Source: Marispirochaeta sp.
GTDB taxonomy: Bacteria; Spirochaetota; Spirochaetia; JC444; Marispirochaetaceae
DNA length: 64,000 nucleotides
Direction: 5' to 3'
NCBI GenBank assembly: GCA_963676835.2
Contig: CAXXFF010000002.1
Span: 1,696,001-1,760,000 of the forward strand
In this document: one piece after another, positions 28,824-38,614 of the stretch
Layout of the letters: every line of letters begins with the position of its first letter
Numbering within the stretch: the stretch's first letter is position 1
Made by a program: the position numbers and the translations under genes
Notes under the pieces: generated by a model
Told to the model about the DNA's origin: nothing
The model's database searches: none
Seen by the model: the letters and a program-made list of their open reading frames with translations, nothing else

Positions 28824-30032
28824 ATGAATATGCGGCGCAAGATCTCGAATGCCTACTCCAGCAAAAGCAGCTCTAATAACGAAAAGGTTGAGAATACTCC
28901 TCAGGAGAATGAAAAAAAACCTGAGGTGCGTTCGATCAGCTGGCGGCAGTTTGAAAAACCGGCTGCGGCAAAGAAGCCTGCAGGCACCGGCTCTGCCAAA
29001 GCTGCCGATGTTCCTCCGGGTCTGCTGAAAACCGGTCGGGAGCCTTCGGATAATGAGGGTGTACAGAAGGCTGCCAAGTTTCTACTGCTTCTGGGGCAGG
29101 AAGAGGCTGCGGAAATTATGCGGCATCTCAACGAAGACGAGCTGTTTGAGATTTCTTCCGCCATGGCTGCAATTAAACAGGTTTCGAAAGGGGAAGCCGA
29201 AGGGATTCTCAAGGAGTTTGGCTTTCTCAAGGTTCCGCCCCATTCCTCTTCCGGCGGCGTGGATGTGGCCAAATCTTTTCTTACCACAGCCTTCGGTACG
29301 GAAAAAGCCGGGGCGGTACTGAAAAAGGTTCTGCCCTTCGGCGATGAAAAACCCTTTGCCTTTCTTGAGGATTATGAGGCCCATCAGATAAGTGCGCTCC
29401 TGAAAAAAGAGCCCTCCCGTGTGGTTGCCATTGTAATGCGCTTTCTTGACGCAAAAAAAGCTTCCGCTATTCTTCAGGCACTGCCTACCTCTCTTCGTGT
29501 GGATGTAATGAAAAGCCTCGGTCATATGGATCGCCTGGATACCAATGCTCTTGAGCGTATGCAGGATGTACTGAGGGAGAAAATCCGGTCACAGGGAAAA
29601 GTTGTAACCCAGGAAGTTGATGGAGCCTCTGCACTGGCAAACATTCTAAAACATATGTCCCTGGAACAGGAGGAGCGTCTTCTCGGTGTTATCGATGAAG
29701 CTAATCCTGAGCTTGGCAGGGAAATAAAGGAAAAAGTCTATACCCTGGATCTTATTCTCAATCTTGAAGACCGGGAGCTTCAGATGGTTCTGCGCACCCA
29801 TCCCGATGAAGATATAGCCCGGATGCTCAAGGGCCGGGATATGCGGGTAAAGGAAAAGATTATGCAGAACCTTTCCGAACGCCGGCGCCAGCTGATAGAG
29901 GAAGAAATCGGGTACATGGGGGCAATTCCCCGGCGTGAGGCCGATGAAGCTGCCAAGGAGTTTCTTGATTACCTGATTAAGCTTTCAGATCAGGGAGAGA
30001 TTCACTTTCTGGACAGGGAAGAACTGATTTAA
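28824..30032 (+). CDS. fliG: Flagellar motor switch FliG-like protein (FliG1 type)
   Basis: KAAKFLLLLG.E.AA.I, GGVD.AK..L, PF.FL, E.P..VA.V, G....A.IL; outside any flagellar operon. Confidence 0.85.
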   Translation: MNMRRKISNAYSSKSSSNNEKVENTPQENEKKPEVRSISWRQFEKPAAAKKPAGTGSAKAADVPPGLLKTGREPSDNEGVQKAAKFLLLLGQEEAAEIMRHLNEDELFEISSAMAAIKQVSKGEAEGILKEFGFLKVPPHSSSGGVDVAKSFLTTAFGTEKAGAVLKKVLPFGDEKPFAFLEDYEAHQISALLKKEPSRVVAIVMRFLDAKKASAILQALPTSLRVDVMKSLGHMDRLDTNALERMQDVLREKIRSQGKVVTQEVDGASALANILKHMSLEQEERLLGVIDEANPELGREIKEKVYTLDLILNLEDRELQMVLRTHPDEDIARMLKGRDMRVKEKIMQNLSERRRQLIEEEIGYMGAIPRREADEAAKEFLDYLIKLSDQGEIHFLDREELI

Positions 30033-30061
30033 TTCACATTTTGTATGAAATTCAGGCAGCT

Positions 30062-30481
30062 CTATTTAAAGTCTGAAAAATGATACTCGATTCCGCCGTT
30101 TGCACGTATTTCCATACTGGCGTACCCTCGCTGGGCCATGCTTTCAAGAATTTTGGAAGCAGTGGTTATGGTGAGTTCAGTCTCAACTGCAGCTAAGGCA
30201 GGGGTAAGAACGCCGCCGTTTTCTTTTGCACATTTGAGAATAAGCCGTTCCTGTTCATCTCCGCTGAGGGGCTTAGGCTGAGTTTCTCTGCGTGGTTTAT
30301 CTATTCTCTGTGTAGGCCGGGAACTGATACGCCGGTCTATGCCCTTCATGATCGGCAGGATTCCCGCAAAAAAGAGAGGAATGGCAATAAAAGGGTTATG
30401 CAGCCAGATTGCGAGGAACCCGAAAAATGCGGTGAAGCCTATGCCGGTAAATATCTGACTGTTTCCTGAATGTCTACCCAT
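30062..30481 (-). CDS. Two-TM membrane protein with C-terminal winged-helix domain
   Basis: Two hydrophobic helices; E..ILK.A..NGG..TP....E.........L.....G.......G...Y.F; leaderless promoter. Confidence 0.75.
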   Translation of the reverse strand: MGRHSGNSQIFTGIGFTAFFGFLAIWLHNPFIAIPLFFAGILPIMKGIDRRISSRPTQRIDKPRRETQPKPLSGDEQERLILKCAKENGGVLTPALAAVETELTITTASKILESMAQRGYASMEIRANGGIEYHFSDFK

Positions 30482-30525
30482 GGGTGTATAGTAGCCGAAG
30501 CCTGCCTGTCTTGCAATGATCCGTA

Positions 30526-30861
30526 TTAAAGATCGTCCCGGGGGGGAGAAAAAATATCCAGCAGTACAGAAGGCTCTTCAAAGGTTCTCGCACTATGTTC
30601 TACCCCGACCGGAGCATGATACCAGTCGCCGGGAAGAAGCTCCTGTACCTTTCCTCCGATGGTCATTCCCATTCTGCCGGAGACAAGATAGCCCATCTGT
30701 TCGTTTGCGCTGTGTGAATGAGGGGGAAACTCCTTATGGGCGGGAAAGTGATATTCCACCACCTGAAGGTTGTCCCCGGTGTAGATAAAGCGTTCTACAT
30801 CCCCTTCAACAATTTCTTTTTTCATTGTTCCGGAATTGAAAAAATTAAGAATCTCTTTCAT
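30526..30861 (-). CDS. Cupin domain protein
   Basis: HSH...EQ.GY..SG and L.PGD....P.G.EH motifs; start re-called at 30861. Confidence 0.88.
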   Translation of the reverse strand: MKEILNFFNSGTMKKEIVEGDVERFIYTGDNLQVVEYHFPAHKEFPPHSHSANEQMGYLVSGRMGMTIGGKVQELLPGDWYHAPVGVEHSARTFEEPSVLLDIFSPPRDDL

Positions 30862-30965
30862 GGTGAAACTATACAACAGCTTTCTCCGGAAGTCATCCGG
30901 GGCTTTTCGGCTTTTCTTGAGCCGGGAGAAAAAAAACAGTACTATATGAGGCAGGGAGTAGAAAA

Positions 30966-31499
30966 GTGTATTCAGTTGGTCTGGCGTATCTGTTATGGCT
31001 TATCTCCGGATTCGGCGCACTCGGCTTACACCGGTTTTATATGGGAAAAATCGGGACCGGAATTCTGTATGTTCTTACCGGCGGGCTTGGCGGGCTCGGT
31101 GGCCTCTACGATCTTATTACCCTGCCTATGCAGGTTCGGGAACGAAATCTGCAGCTTTCCTACGAGGCCGCCCTTAATCCCGGCAGGCGGCGTAATAGTA
31201 CAGGCAGCCGTTTCCGGGATGATTTTCGGGAAGAGGTTAACAAGGAGTTCGGCAGCAGAGGAAAGAAGGAGCCCCTTGAGCTGGTTATTCTTAAGACAGC
31301 CCGCCGTAACGGAGGAAGGGTTACCCCTGCGGTAATTTCCCTGGAGGCGGATGTTAGTCTTGATGCTGCGGGAAAGGCCCTGGATGCCCTTGTTGCCGGC
31401 GGTTTTGCCCAGCTGCGGACTACAAAAAGCGGCAGCCTGGTTTATCTTTTCACCGAGTTTGCCGACCATGAAGACGAGATTGATCTGGAGGATATTTAG
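30966..31499 (+). CDS. TM2/NINE domain protein with C-terminal winged-helix domain
   Basis: AYLLW...G..GLHRFY.GK..TG.LY..TGG..G...YDL; C-terminus paralogous to 30062-30481. Confidence 0.85.
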   Translation: MYSVGLAYLLWLISGFGALGLHRFYMGKIGTGILYVLTGGLGGLGGLYDLITLPMQVRERNLQLSYEAALNPGRRRNSTGSRFRDDFREEVNKEFGSRGKKEPLELVILKTARRNGGRVTPAVISLEADVSLDAAGKALDALVAGGFAQLRTTKSGSLVYLFTEFADHEDEIDLEDI

Positions 31500-31502
31500 A
31501 CT

Positions 31503-31712
31503 ATGAGTTCCGGCGGTTTTATTTCAGTACCCATAGGAGAAGCCCTGGTCAGGCAGGAAGAGCTGACCGTGGACCAGGTGGATCAGGTTCTCAAAATGCA
31601 GAAAGACGGAGACAAGCGGTTGTTCGGAGAGATTGCCATCGACCTCGGCTATATAGATCTGTTGACAGTTATCCGCTTTCTCGAGTCCGAAGACCGGGGT
31701 GATTACGAGTGA
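31503..31712 (+). CDS. Stand-alone MshEN-like protein (candidate c-di-GMP binder)
   Basis: IGEALV....LT..QV..VL..Q-KDGDK-RLFGEI.I.LGYI tandem motif. Confidence 0.65.
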   Translation: MSSGGFISVPIGEALVRQEELTVDQVDQVLKMQKDGDKRLFGEIAIDLGYIDLLTVIRFLESEDRGDYE

Positions 31713-31763
31713 GTTGTCAAAATCTTGACAGCATGACTTTTTCGCCTGTACTATTCAAGGCCT

Positions 31764-33560
31764 ATGACAGGCAACGAACTACGCAGCAAATATTTAGAGT
31801 TTTTCAAGCGCAATAACCACGCGGTTATCTCAGGCGCGAGTCTCATACCCGAAAATGATCCCACCGTTCTCTTTACCACGGCGGGAATGCACCCTCTTGT
31901 TCCCTACATTCTGGGCGAACCCCACCCGGCGGGCAACCGGCTGACGGATGTACAGAAGTGTATCCGTACCGGTGATATCGATGCTGTCGGCGACCCGAGT
32001 CACCTGACATTTTTTGAAATGCTTGGTAACTGGTCTCTCGGAGACTATTTCAAGGAAGAAGCAATCCGGATGAGCTATGAGTTCCTCACCTCTGGTGAGT
32101 GGCTGGGTATAAGCCCCGATAAGCTTTCGGTTACCGTTTTCGCCGGTGATGATGATTCTCCCCGGGATGACGAGTCTGCAGAAGTCTGGCGTTCCCTTGG
32201 TATCCCCGAGGAAAGAATCTACTTCCTTCCCAAAGAGGATAACTGGTGGGGTCCTGCGGGCCAGACAGGTCCCTGCGGCCCCGACAGTGAGATGTTCATG
32301 GATACCGGCCGTGAAGCCTGCGGTCCGGACTGCCGGCCCGGCTGTTCCTGCGGCAAGTACTTTGAGGTGTGGAACGACGTTTTCATGCAGTATAACAAGC
32401 AGGCCGACGGCAGTTTTAAAATGATGGACCGCAAGTGTGTCGATACCGGCATGGGAATTGAGCGGACCATTACCATTATGCAGAAGAAATCCTCGGTTTA
32501 TGAAACCGAGCTTTTTACTCCCATAATCGGAAAGATCACCGAGGTCTCCGGTATTGCCTATGGCGGCGGTGATGATGCTGATACTTCAATCAGGATTATC
32601 TCGGATCATGTAAAAACTTCCACTTTTATTATCGGTGATCCCCGGGGGGTGACTCCTTCTAATTTAGGGCAGGGGTATATTCTTCGCAGACTGATCCGCC
32701 GTGCCAGCCGGCATGGACGGAAGTTAGGTATTCAGGGCGCATTTCTTGCTCAGCCTGCCCGGGTTGTCATTGATATGTATGCCGAGGTTTACCCGGAGCT
32801 GAAGGAGAAGGCTGATTTCATTCTTGGCGAGATTACCGCCGAGGAGGAGAAGTTCCTTAAGACTCTTCAGAAGGGTGAGCATGAATTTGAGAAGATTCTG
32901 CCTAATCTTGAGAAAAACCCGAAAAAGCAGATTCCCGGACGGCTTGCATTCAAGCTTTACGATACCTACGGCTTTCCCGTTGAGATTACCGAGGAACTGG
33001 CCGCGGAGCACGGTTTTACCGTGGACCGGGAAGGCTTTGATGCCGCGTATGCCAAGCACCAGGAAGCCTCAAAGAAGGGCGCTGACAAGACTTTCAAGGG
33101 CGGTCTGGCTGACCAGTCAGAGCTCACCACCCGGCTGCACACGGCAACCCACCTGCTGCATAAGGCTCTGAGGACAGTTCTCGGCGACCATGTCAGCCAG
33201 AAGGGCTCAAATATTACCCCCGAAAGACTTCGCTTCGACTTTTCCCATCCCCAGAAGATGACTCCCGAAGAGATCAAGTCTGTGGAAGATATGGTCAATG
33301 ATGCCATTAAAAAAGATCTGAAGGTTTCCATGGAGGTTATGAGTCTCGAAGAGGCAAAGACCGCGGGAGCCCTGGCCTTCTTTGGTGACAAGTATGAAGA
33401 GAAGGTAAAAGTCTATTCAATGGGTGATTTTTCCAAAGAGGTCTGCGGAGGCCCCCATGTGGAGAGCCTTGGCGAGCTCGGCAGCTTCCAGATTCAGAAG
33501 GAGCAGTCTTCCAGCTCCGGTGTACGTCGGATACGGGCGGTGCTCAAGCCTGCTGAATAG
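31764..33560 (+). CDS. alaS: Alanine--tRNA ligase (short spirochaete form, no C-Ala domain)
   Basis: DPTVLFTTAGM, QKCIR, HLTFFEMLGNWS.GDYFK, DTGMG.ER, HTATHLLH, EVCGGPHV. Confidence 0.97.
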   Translation: MTGNELRSKYLEFFKRNNHAVISGASLIPENDPTVLFTTAGMHPLVPYILGEPHPAGNRLTDVQKCIRTGDIDAVGDPSHLTFFEMLGNWSLGDYFKEEAIRMSYEFLTSGEWLGISPDKLSVTVFAGDDDSPRDDESAEVWRSLGIPEERIYFLPKEDNWWGPAGQTGPCGPDSEMFMDTGREACGPDCRPGCSCGKYFEVWNDVFMQYNKQADGSFKMMDRKCVDTGMGIERTITIMQKKSSVYETELFTPIIGKITEVSGIAYGGGDDADTSIRIISDHVKTSTFIIGDPRGVTPSNLGQGYILRRLIRRASRHGRKLGIQGAFLAQPARVVIDMYAEVYPELKEKADFILGEITAEEEKFLKTLQKGEHEFEKILPNLEKNPKKQIPGRLAFKLYDTYGFPVEITEELAAEHGFTVDREGFDAAYAKHQEASKKGADKTFKGGLADQSELTTRLHTATHLLHKALRTVLGDHVSQKGSNITPERLRFDFSHPQKMTPEEIKSVEDMVNDAIKKDLKVSMEVMSLEEAKTAGALAFFGDKYEEKVKVYSMGDFSKEVCGGPHVESLGELGSFQIQKEQSSSSGVRRIRAVLKPAE

Positions 33561-33578
33561 TAAGTAACTGCTTAGCTT

Positions 33579-34634
33579 TTAAAGCCGGGGTTTTGTCGCC
33601 AGTTGTCCGCAGGCGGCACTGACACCCCGGCCTTTTTTATACCTCAGTACTACAGTAATTCCCGATTTCTCAAGCTCGGCGGCAAAATGCCTTACCGTTG
33701 CTTCGTCGGGTTCTGCAAGCTCGACTGCTCTGCCGTCAACGAGCTCTACCGGAGGAATACCGTCGGCTGGGTTCCAGGGAATAAGGTTGATATTGCACTT
33801 AAGATCACGGGTGAACTCCCGTACTGTCCGGAGGTCTTCGGAGGTGTGGTTTATCCCTTTTAAAAGAACGTATTCGAGGGTAACCCTCCGGCCACCTCGC
33901 TCCTGGTACTCAAGTAATGCCTGTTTTAAAGAGGGCAGGGGGGCTGATTTCTCCACCGGCATAAGGGCGAGCCGGGTTTCATGCCGGGCGGTAACCAGGC
34001 TTACAGCCAGACGCACCTGAGGATGATCTTCTCCCAGCCGTTTAATGCCCTCCACCACACCGCTTGTGGAAACAGTAAAACGCCGCGGGCTCATGCTGCG
34101 TCCTTCCGGGTCTCTTAATATGCGGATACTTTTTGAGAGGTTTTCATAGTTGCGGAAAGGTTCTCCCATTCCCATAAAGACAACTGAATCAATGCTGCCT
34201 GCTCCGCCTGCAAGATGTTCAAGCAGGTAGAACTGCTCGATTATCTCAGCGGCGCTCAGATTGCGGATAAAGCCCATGGTGGCTGTTTTACAGAACCTGC
34301 AGCCCATGGCGCAGCCGACTTGAGTGGAGAGACAGGCTGTATAGCGGTCAGAACCGTCTTTTAACAGAACGGCTTCAACGAGGTTTCCGTCTTCCAGGGC
34401 TATACGGAGTTTTTTTGTGCCGTCTTCGGCGGTTTCGGAAATGTCCTCTGCCGAGGAGTAAACCGGCCCGGTTTCTGCAAGCTTCTGACGCATTGCCTGG
34501 GGAATGTTATTCATCTCATCCCAGGAGGAGACTCTCTGTACATGAAGCCAGCGGAAAATCTGACGGCCCCGGAATGCGGGGCCGTTGATTAGAAGTTCGG
34601 TTATTTCTGCGGACGTTTTATCGAGGATGCTCAC
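33579..34634 (-). CDS. rlmN: Dual-specificity RNA methyltransferase RlmN
   Basis: CLSTQVGC.MGC.FC.T, VFMGMGEP, TVSTSG, AACGQL. Confidence 0.95.
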   Translation of the reverse strand: MSILDKTSAEITELLINGPAFRGRQIFRWLHVQRVSSWDEMNNIPQAMRQKLAETGPVYSSAEDISETAEDGTKKLRIALEDGNLVEAVLLKDGSDRYTACLSTQVGCAMGCRFCKTATMGFIRNLSAAEIIEQFYLLEHLAGGAGSIDSVVFMGMGEPFRNYENLSKSIRILRDPEGRSMSPRRFTVSTSGVVEGIKRLGEDHPQVRLAVSLVTARHETRLALMPVEKSAPLPSLKQALLEYQERGGRRVTLEYVLLKGINHTSEDLRTVREFTRDLKCNINLIPWNPADGIPPVELVDGRAVELAEPDEATVRHFAAELEKSGITVVLRYKKGRGVSAACGQLATKPRL

Positions 34635-34640
34635 GTCTGA

Positions 34641-35792
34641 TCAGCGGCCGAGGCGCAGATCGTCCAGCATATTGGAGACAAAACTGTTGCGGATTCCCAG
34701 GCGCTGAAAGCTGGAAAGAATTTCAATGGCTTTGTCTTTCTCGTGCAGCTTCAGATGGCAATCTGCAATCTCTGTGTAGAGCCGGTGGTTTTTCGGATCG
34801 TTTTTCAGCAATCCGTGAAGGCTGTCGATGGCATCCTGGTAGTTGCCCCGGGATTTATTGATAAGGGCAAGTCCGAGAATGGCGTAGGCATCAAACTCTA
34901 TGTTCAGTGCTTTGCGGTAGAAATCTTCCGCGTTGTCATAGTCGCCCATGTGGCGGTATGAGTCTCCCGCACGGGTAAGGATAACCTTGTTACGGGGATC
35001 CTTCTGCAGGATTCTCTGCCAGTATTCAAGGGATTCTTCGTGACGGTCCAGACCGCGGTAGCAGTCTGCCATGCCGAAGAGGGCATAAAAGTTATTGGGT
35101 TCCTGTTCCAGGGCTTTGCCGAAATAGATCAAACCCTTTTCGAAGGTTTTCAGTTTACGGTGACAGTTACCCAGGGAGGTGAGAACACGGATATCAACGT
35201 CTTCCTGCTTTACTTCAAGCATGCGCTCCCAGTATCTCAGAGCATCTTCATATTCCCGGAAATCATAATGAAGGTGACCCAGACCGATGAGGGCGTAGGG
35301 GTTGTTCTCTTCCATTTCCAGGACTTTAAGGTATATCTCTTTTGAGCGGCGGAAATCCCGAACCTTACGGTAGGCATCAGCCACTCGGGTAAGCACGGTG
35401 ACGTTGCTGGAATCGTGCTCCAGGTAGCGCTCCCATATATCTATGGCATTGGAGTACTGATGCAGTGCTTTATAGCAGTCGGCAAGACCGAAGAGGGCAT
35501 AGTTATTCCCCGGGTGTGAGGCCAGACAGAGCTGGTAATACTTTATTGCATCACGGTGATGATTCTTTTTGCGGGCAGCATCACCAAGGCCGACCAGGGC
35601 ATAGTTATTATTATCATCCATTTCAAGGATGCGGTTGAAGCATACTATGGCATCTTCGATGAGATTTTCCTTAAGCAGCTGGTAACCGCGCTTTGAAAGT
35701 TCGGAAATTTCATTAAGCCTTTCTTCTTCTGCCTTCTGTTCCGGTGTGAGCTCTCTGATCTCGTCTTTGATCTCTTCTGTATTATCGCTCAT
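34641..35792 (-). CDS. TPR repeat protein
   Basis: Regular TPRs (NNYALFGLADCY repeated). Confidence 0.88.
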   Translation of the reverse strand: MSDNTEEIKDEIRELTPEQKAEEERLNEISELSKRGYQLLKENLIEDAIVCFNRILEMDDNNNYALVGLGDAARKKNHHRDAIKYYQLCLASHPGNNYALFGLADCYKALHQYSNAIDIWERYLEHDSSNVTVLTRVADAYRKVRDFRRSKEIYLKVLEMEENNPYALIGLGHLHYDFREYEDALRYWERMLEVKQEDVDIRVLTSLGNCHRKLKTFEKGLIYFGKALEQEPNNFYALFGMADCYRGLDRHEESLEYWQRILQKDPRNKVILTRAGDSYRHMGDYDNAEDFYRKALNIEFDAYAILGLALINKSRGNYQDAIDSLHGLLKNDPKNHRLYTEIADCHLKLHEKDKAIEILSSFQRLGIRNSFVSNMLDDLRLGR

Positions 35793-35805
35793 ATCTTTTA
35801 CCTCT

Positions 35806-36135
35806 TCATTCTTTTAACCATTTACGTACGATCGATGACATTGTTTCAATCAGCACATCGCGCCTGTCCGGCGCAGGAGCGATCCAGTACATTTGCAGTG
35901 CTTCAATGTGTCGGTTCTTTTTTTCGTAGTACTGGCCGATTCTTATCAGTCCGTCAGTATAGTTGGTTGTTAAAAAGATCCGCTTCGCCTTTTCAACTTC
36001 ACCCCGGTTGTACAGCTCGTTTCCCTTGCGTATCAGGGTGATTCGATCCTGGCTGGACAGCTTGACTTTGTTTTCGGTAGCTACCTTTATAAAGCCGCCG
36101 GCCGGAATCAGCTTTAACGCTTCGTCTCTTTTCAT
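35806..36135 (-). CDS. Conserved hypothetical protein
   Basis: 109 aa, co-oriented with the TPR and rlmN genes. Confidence 0.7.
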   Translation of the reverse strand: MKRDEALKLIPAGGFIKVATENKVKLSSQDRITLIRKGNELYNRGEVEKAKRIFLTTNYTDGLIRIGQYYEKKNRHIEALQMYWIAPAPDRRDVLIETMSSIVRKWLKE

Positions 36136-36254
36136 CTCACGCGAAGTCCGTTCATTTCACTATAGTAAAATCGTATAGTAAAATCAATATTTTGCAAAAA
36201 AAGAATTAGTAAAATAATCAAAATTCTCCAAACAGGGTAATTTGATAATAGTTA

Positions 36255-36845
36255 CTACTTTGTTAGAGTTCCCTTGGTGGATGCAACTGCGCCTTCACGT
36301 TTCCGGAATGCCTGTCCCAGGGCTTTTCCCAGGGCTTTAAAGAGGGCTTCCGCCATGTGGTGACTGTTTTCTCCATAGCGGCATTCCGCATGCAGGGTAA
36401 GTCCTCCCCGGGAGGTGAGGGCAATGAGGAACTCTTTTACCAGGCAGAGGGGAAAGTCTCCGGCGTATTCCTGGGGAAAATCCGCATTCAATACCAGAAA
36501 TGGTCTTCCCGCGGCATCCAGGGTAACTTCGCTCAAAGCTTCATCCATGGGAATAACCGAGTGCCCGAAGCGCTGAATTGGTCCGTACTGCTCGATCTCA
36601 TCCTTGAGTACATCGCCAAGCACAATGCCGGTATCCTCTACAAGATGGTGCGGGTCAACCTCGATATCCCCGGTGGCTGCAACCTTCAGAAAGAAGCCGC
36701 CGTGAAAGGCCATGGAGTTGAGAATGTGGTTAAAGAAAGGCACCGGAGTATCGATTTCCGGAGCAGTACTGCTGTCCAGATCGACCAGGAGTTTTATCTG
36801 AGTCTCTTTGGTGTTCCTTTCTTTTTCAATCCTTCGCGTTTTCAT
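36255..36845 (-). CDS. hisB: Imidazoleglycerol-phosphate dehydratase
   Basis: R.TKETQI, FFNH.L, D.HH.VED.G, PMDEAL, N.HH..EA.FKA, STKG. Confidence 0.96.
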   Translation of the reverse strand: MKTRRIEKERNTKETQIKLLVDLDSSTAPEIDTPVPFFNHILNSMAFHGGFFLKVAATGDIEVDPHHLVEDTGIVLGDVLKDEIEQYGPIQRFGHSVIPMDEALSEVTLDAAGRPFLVLNADFPQEYAGDFPLCLVKEFLIALTSRGGLTLHAECRYGENSHHMAEALFKALGKALGQAFRKREGAVASTKGTLTK

Positions 36846-36914
36846 GCAAACCTCTTGTTTTGTGTGCCCGGGTAAGGCTCAATTTGCGCCTTTATTTATG
36901 TCTTACTTACGTCT

Positions 36915-37526
36915 TTATTTAAGAGTATCGACGAAGCCCCGTATATCCTGAAATCTGAGCTTGAAATAGGCGGGATTGGCAATAAGATGAACATTGATAT
37001 CCGCAAGCTTCTCTATGACCTCAAGGTCATTGGCTACCAGGGTGCTGCCTGTTTCCACAAGGTCGACAATATAAGGTGTAAGACCGAGTACCGAGGCAAG
37101 TTCCACCGAACCGTTGAGTTTTATAACCTCAACCGGGAGTCCCCGGTCGTGAAAATAGTCCCGTGCGAATCTGGTGAACTTGCTGGCAACCTTAACCTGA
37201 CCGTTTACCAGAGAGAACTTATCTCCCTTGCGTCCGGCAAGACACATGGAGGTTGAGCCGAAGTCAAAGGTGTGAAGCTTTACAAAGGGGTAGCTGTATT
37301 CATAGAGCACGTCATCCCCGCAGACCCCGAGGCCGGCGATTCCATGGTGAATATAGACAGGCAGGTCGGCATTTTTCACCAGAAAAATGGTGATCTTTCC
37401 ATCCTTGTCATGGGCGACCAGTTTTCTTTTTTCAAATTCGACCTTCAGGCCAACCGATTCCATCCGTTCCAGAACCTGATCGGTGAGCCGTCCCTTGGGC
37501 AGGGCCATGGTTAAGGGGCTGTTCAT
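36915..37526 (-). CDS. hisG: ATP phosphoribosyltransferase, short form
   Basis: ALPKGRL, D.P.Y...G...LGV.G.D.L.E, L.GSVELA..LGL...IVDLVETG.TL..N.L. Confidence 0.96.
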   Translation of the reverse strand: MNSPLTMALPKGRLTDQVLERMESVGLKVEFEKRKLVAHDKDGKITIFLVKNADLPVYIHHGIAGLGVCGDDVLYEYSYPFVKLHTFDFGSTSMCLAGRKGDKFSLVNGQVKVASKFTRFARDYFHDRGLPVEVIKLNGSVELASVLGLTPYIVDLVETGSTLVANDLEVIEKLADINVHLIANPAYFKLRFQDIRGFVDTLK

Positions 37527-38614
37527 AAGTGTACTATCCTTCCTGATTCTCTTTTTGAGACAGCATCCTGGTATTTTTCCTTCAGACTTTTTCCTTCGGC
37601 ATTCTCGCTTTTCCCTGGAAGGGCAAAGCGTCCTGCATCGCCGATAAGGGGCTCTATTTTCCGCAGCAGCAGCGAGAAGCCGACTGATGGACTTTCAAAG
37701 CCGAAATTCTCAAGCAGTTTATCGTAACGTCCGCCGGAAATAAAGGCGGAATCTATGCCTTCAAGATAGGCCTGAAAAACTATACCCGTATGATAAGCCT
37801 GGCTGCCGGTTTCGGAGAAATCAATTCGAATAGATGACGCCGCGGAACAGCAGTCCAGCAGTTCCGTCAGCTCCTGCAGGTGATTCAGCAGTTCCAGGTA
37901 ATCCTGATTGATTTTCCCTTTCAGGGATGCCATGTAATTTCGGAACTCCTCAGGGCTGCCGATAAATGCGAAAAGATCGAGGAGCACTTCTTTCCGGGAT
38001 GCATCCGTCTCAGTAAGCAGGCCTTCCATGGTCTTTCTGTCCCTCAGGGCCACGGCTTTAAAGAACTCTTCCTTATCTTCTTCGTTCAAGCCTTCAGCGG
38101 CCTTGTGAACGATTGCTGCCGAGCCGATGTGGAGGACTGCATCCACTTTAAGAAAAGAGAGGATCTCGGCAACCATGAGCAGGATTTCGCCGTCTCCGGC
38201 GGTTCCGGGAACACCGACAAGTTCGGCGCCTACCTGGTAGAACTCATTCTTGGATATATCATTGCTCTGCTGGTGCCGCAGGATGGAATCCGCATACCAT
38301 ACCCGTACAGGCAGGTCTTCCGCAGTAAGGGCCATGCCTAACTGTTTTGCGAGAAAAAGGGTTACATCCGAGCGCAGAAGCAGCAGGTCGCCGTCACGGT
38401 CCATAAGCCGATAAGCCTTGCCGGTGCCGCTTTCGCCCAGGAGAGGTTGATAGATATCGTAAAAATCGAAAACCGGGGTTTCCGCCGGCAGGTATCCCCA
38501 GCCGGTAAAGATTTTGTCAATTTTGGCCAGAATCCTGCGGTGCCGGAATGCCTCTTCCAGAAAAAAGGCTTCAGTCCCCGGGGGAATCTGCAGCAGCCGT
38601 CGTTTAGGGGTCAT
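37523..38614 (-). CDS. hisZ: ATP phosphoribosyltransferase regulatory subunit
   Basis: HisRS-like fold (LR.D.T, EF.Q.GAEL.G, Y.TGIVF, SGGRYD.L..FG); coupled to short hisG. Confidence 0.92.
   Translation of the reverse strand: MTPKRRLLQIPPGTEAFFLEEAFRHRRILAKIDKIFTGWGYLPAETPVFDFYDIYQPLLGESGTGKAYRLMDRDGDLLLLRSDVTLFLAKQLGMALTAEDLPVRVWYADSILRHQQSNDISKNEFYQVGAELVGVPGTAGDGEILLMVAEILSFLKVDAVLHIGSAAIVHKAAEGLNEEDKEEFFKAVALRDRKTMEGLLTETDASRKEVLLDLFAFIGSPEEFRNYMASLKGKINQDYLELLNHLQELTELLDCCSAASSIRIDFSETGSQAYHTGIVFQAYLEGIDSAFISGGRYDKLLENFGFESPSVGFSLLLRKIEPLIGDAGRFALPGKSENAEGKSLKEKYQDAVSKRESGRIVHL

Noticed and set aside
31764..33560. Short AlaRS as a pseudogene or novelty
   Set aside because: Catalytic and editing motifs are intact; ~600-aa AlaRS is known in spirochaetes
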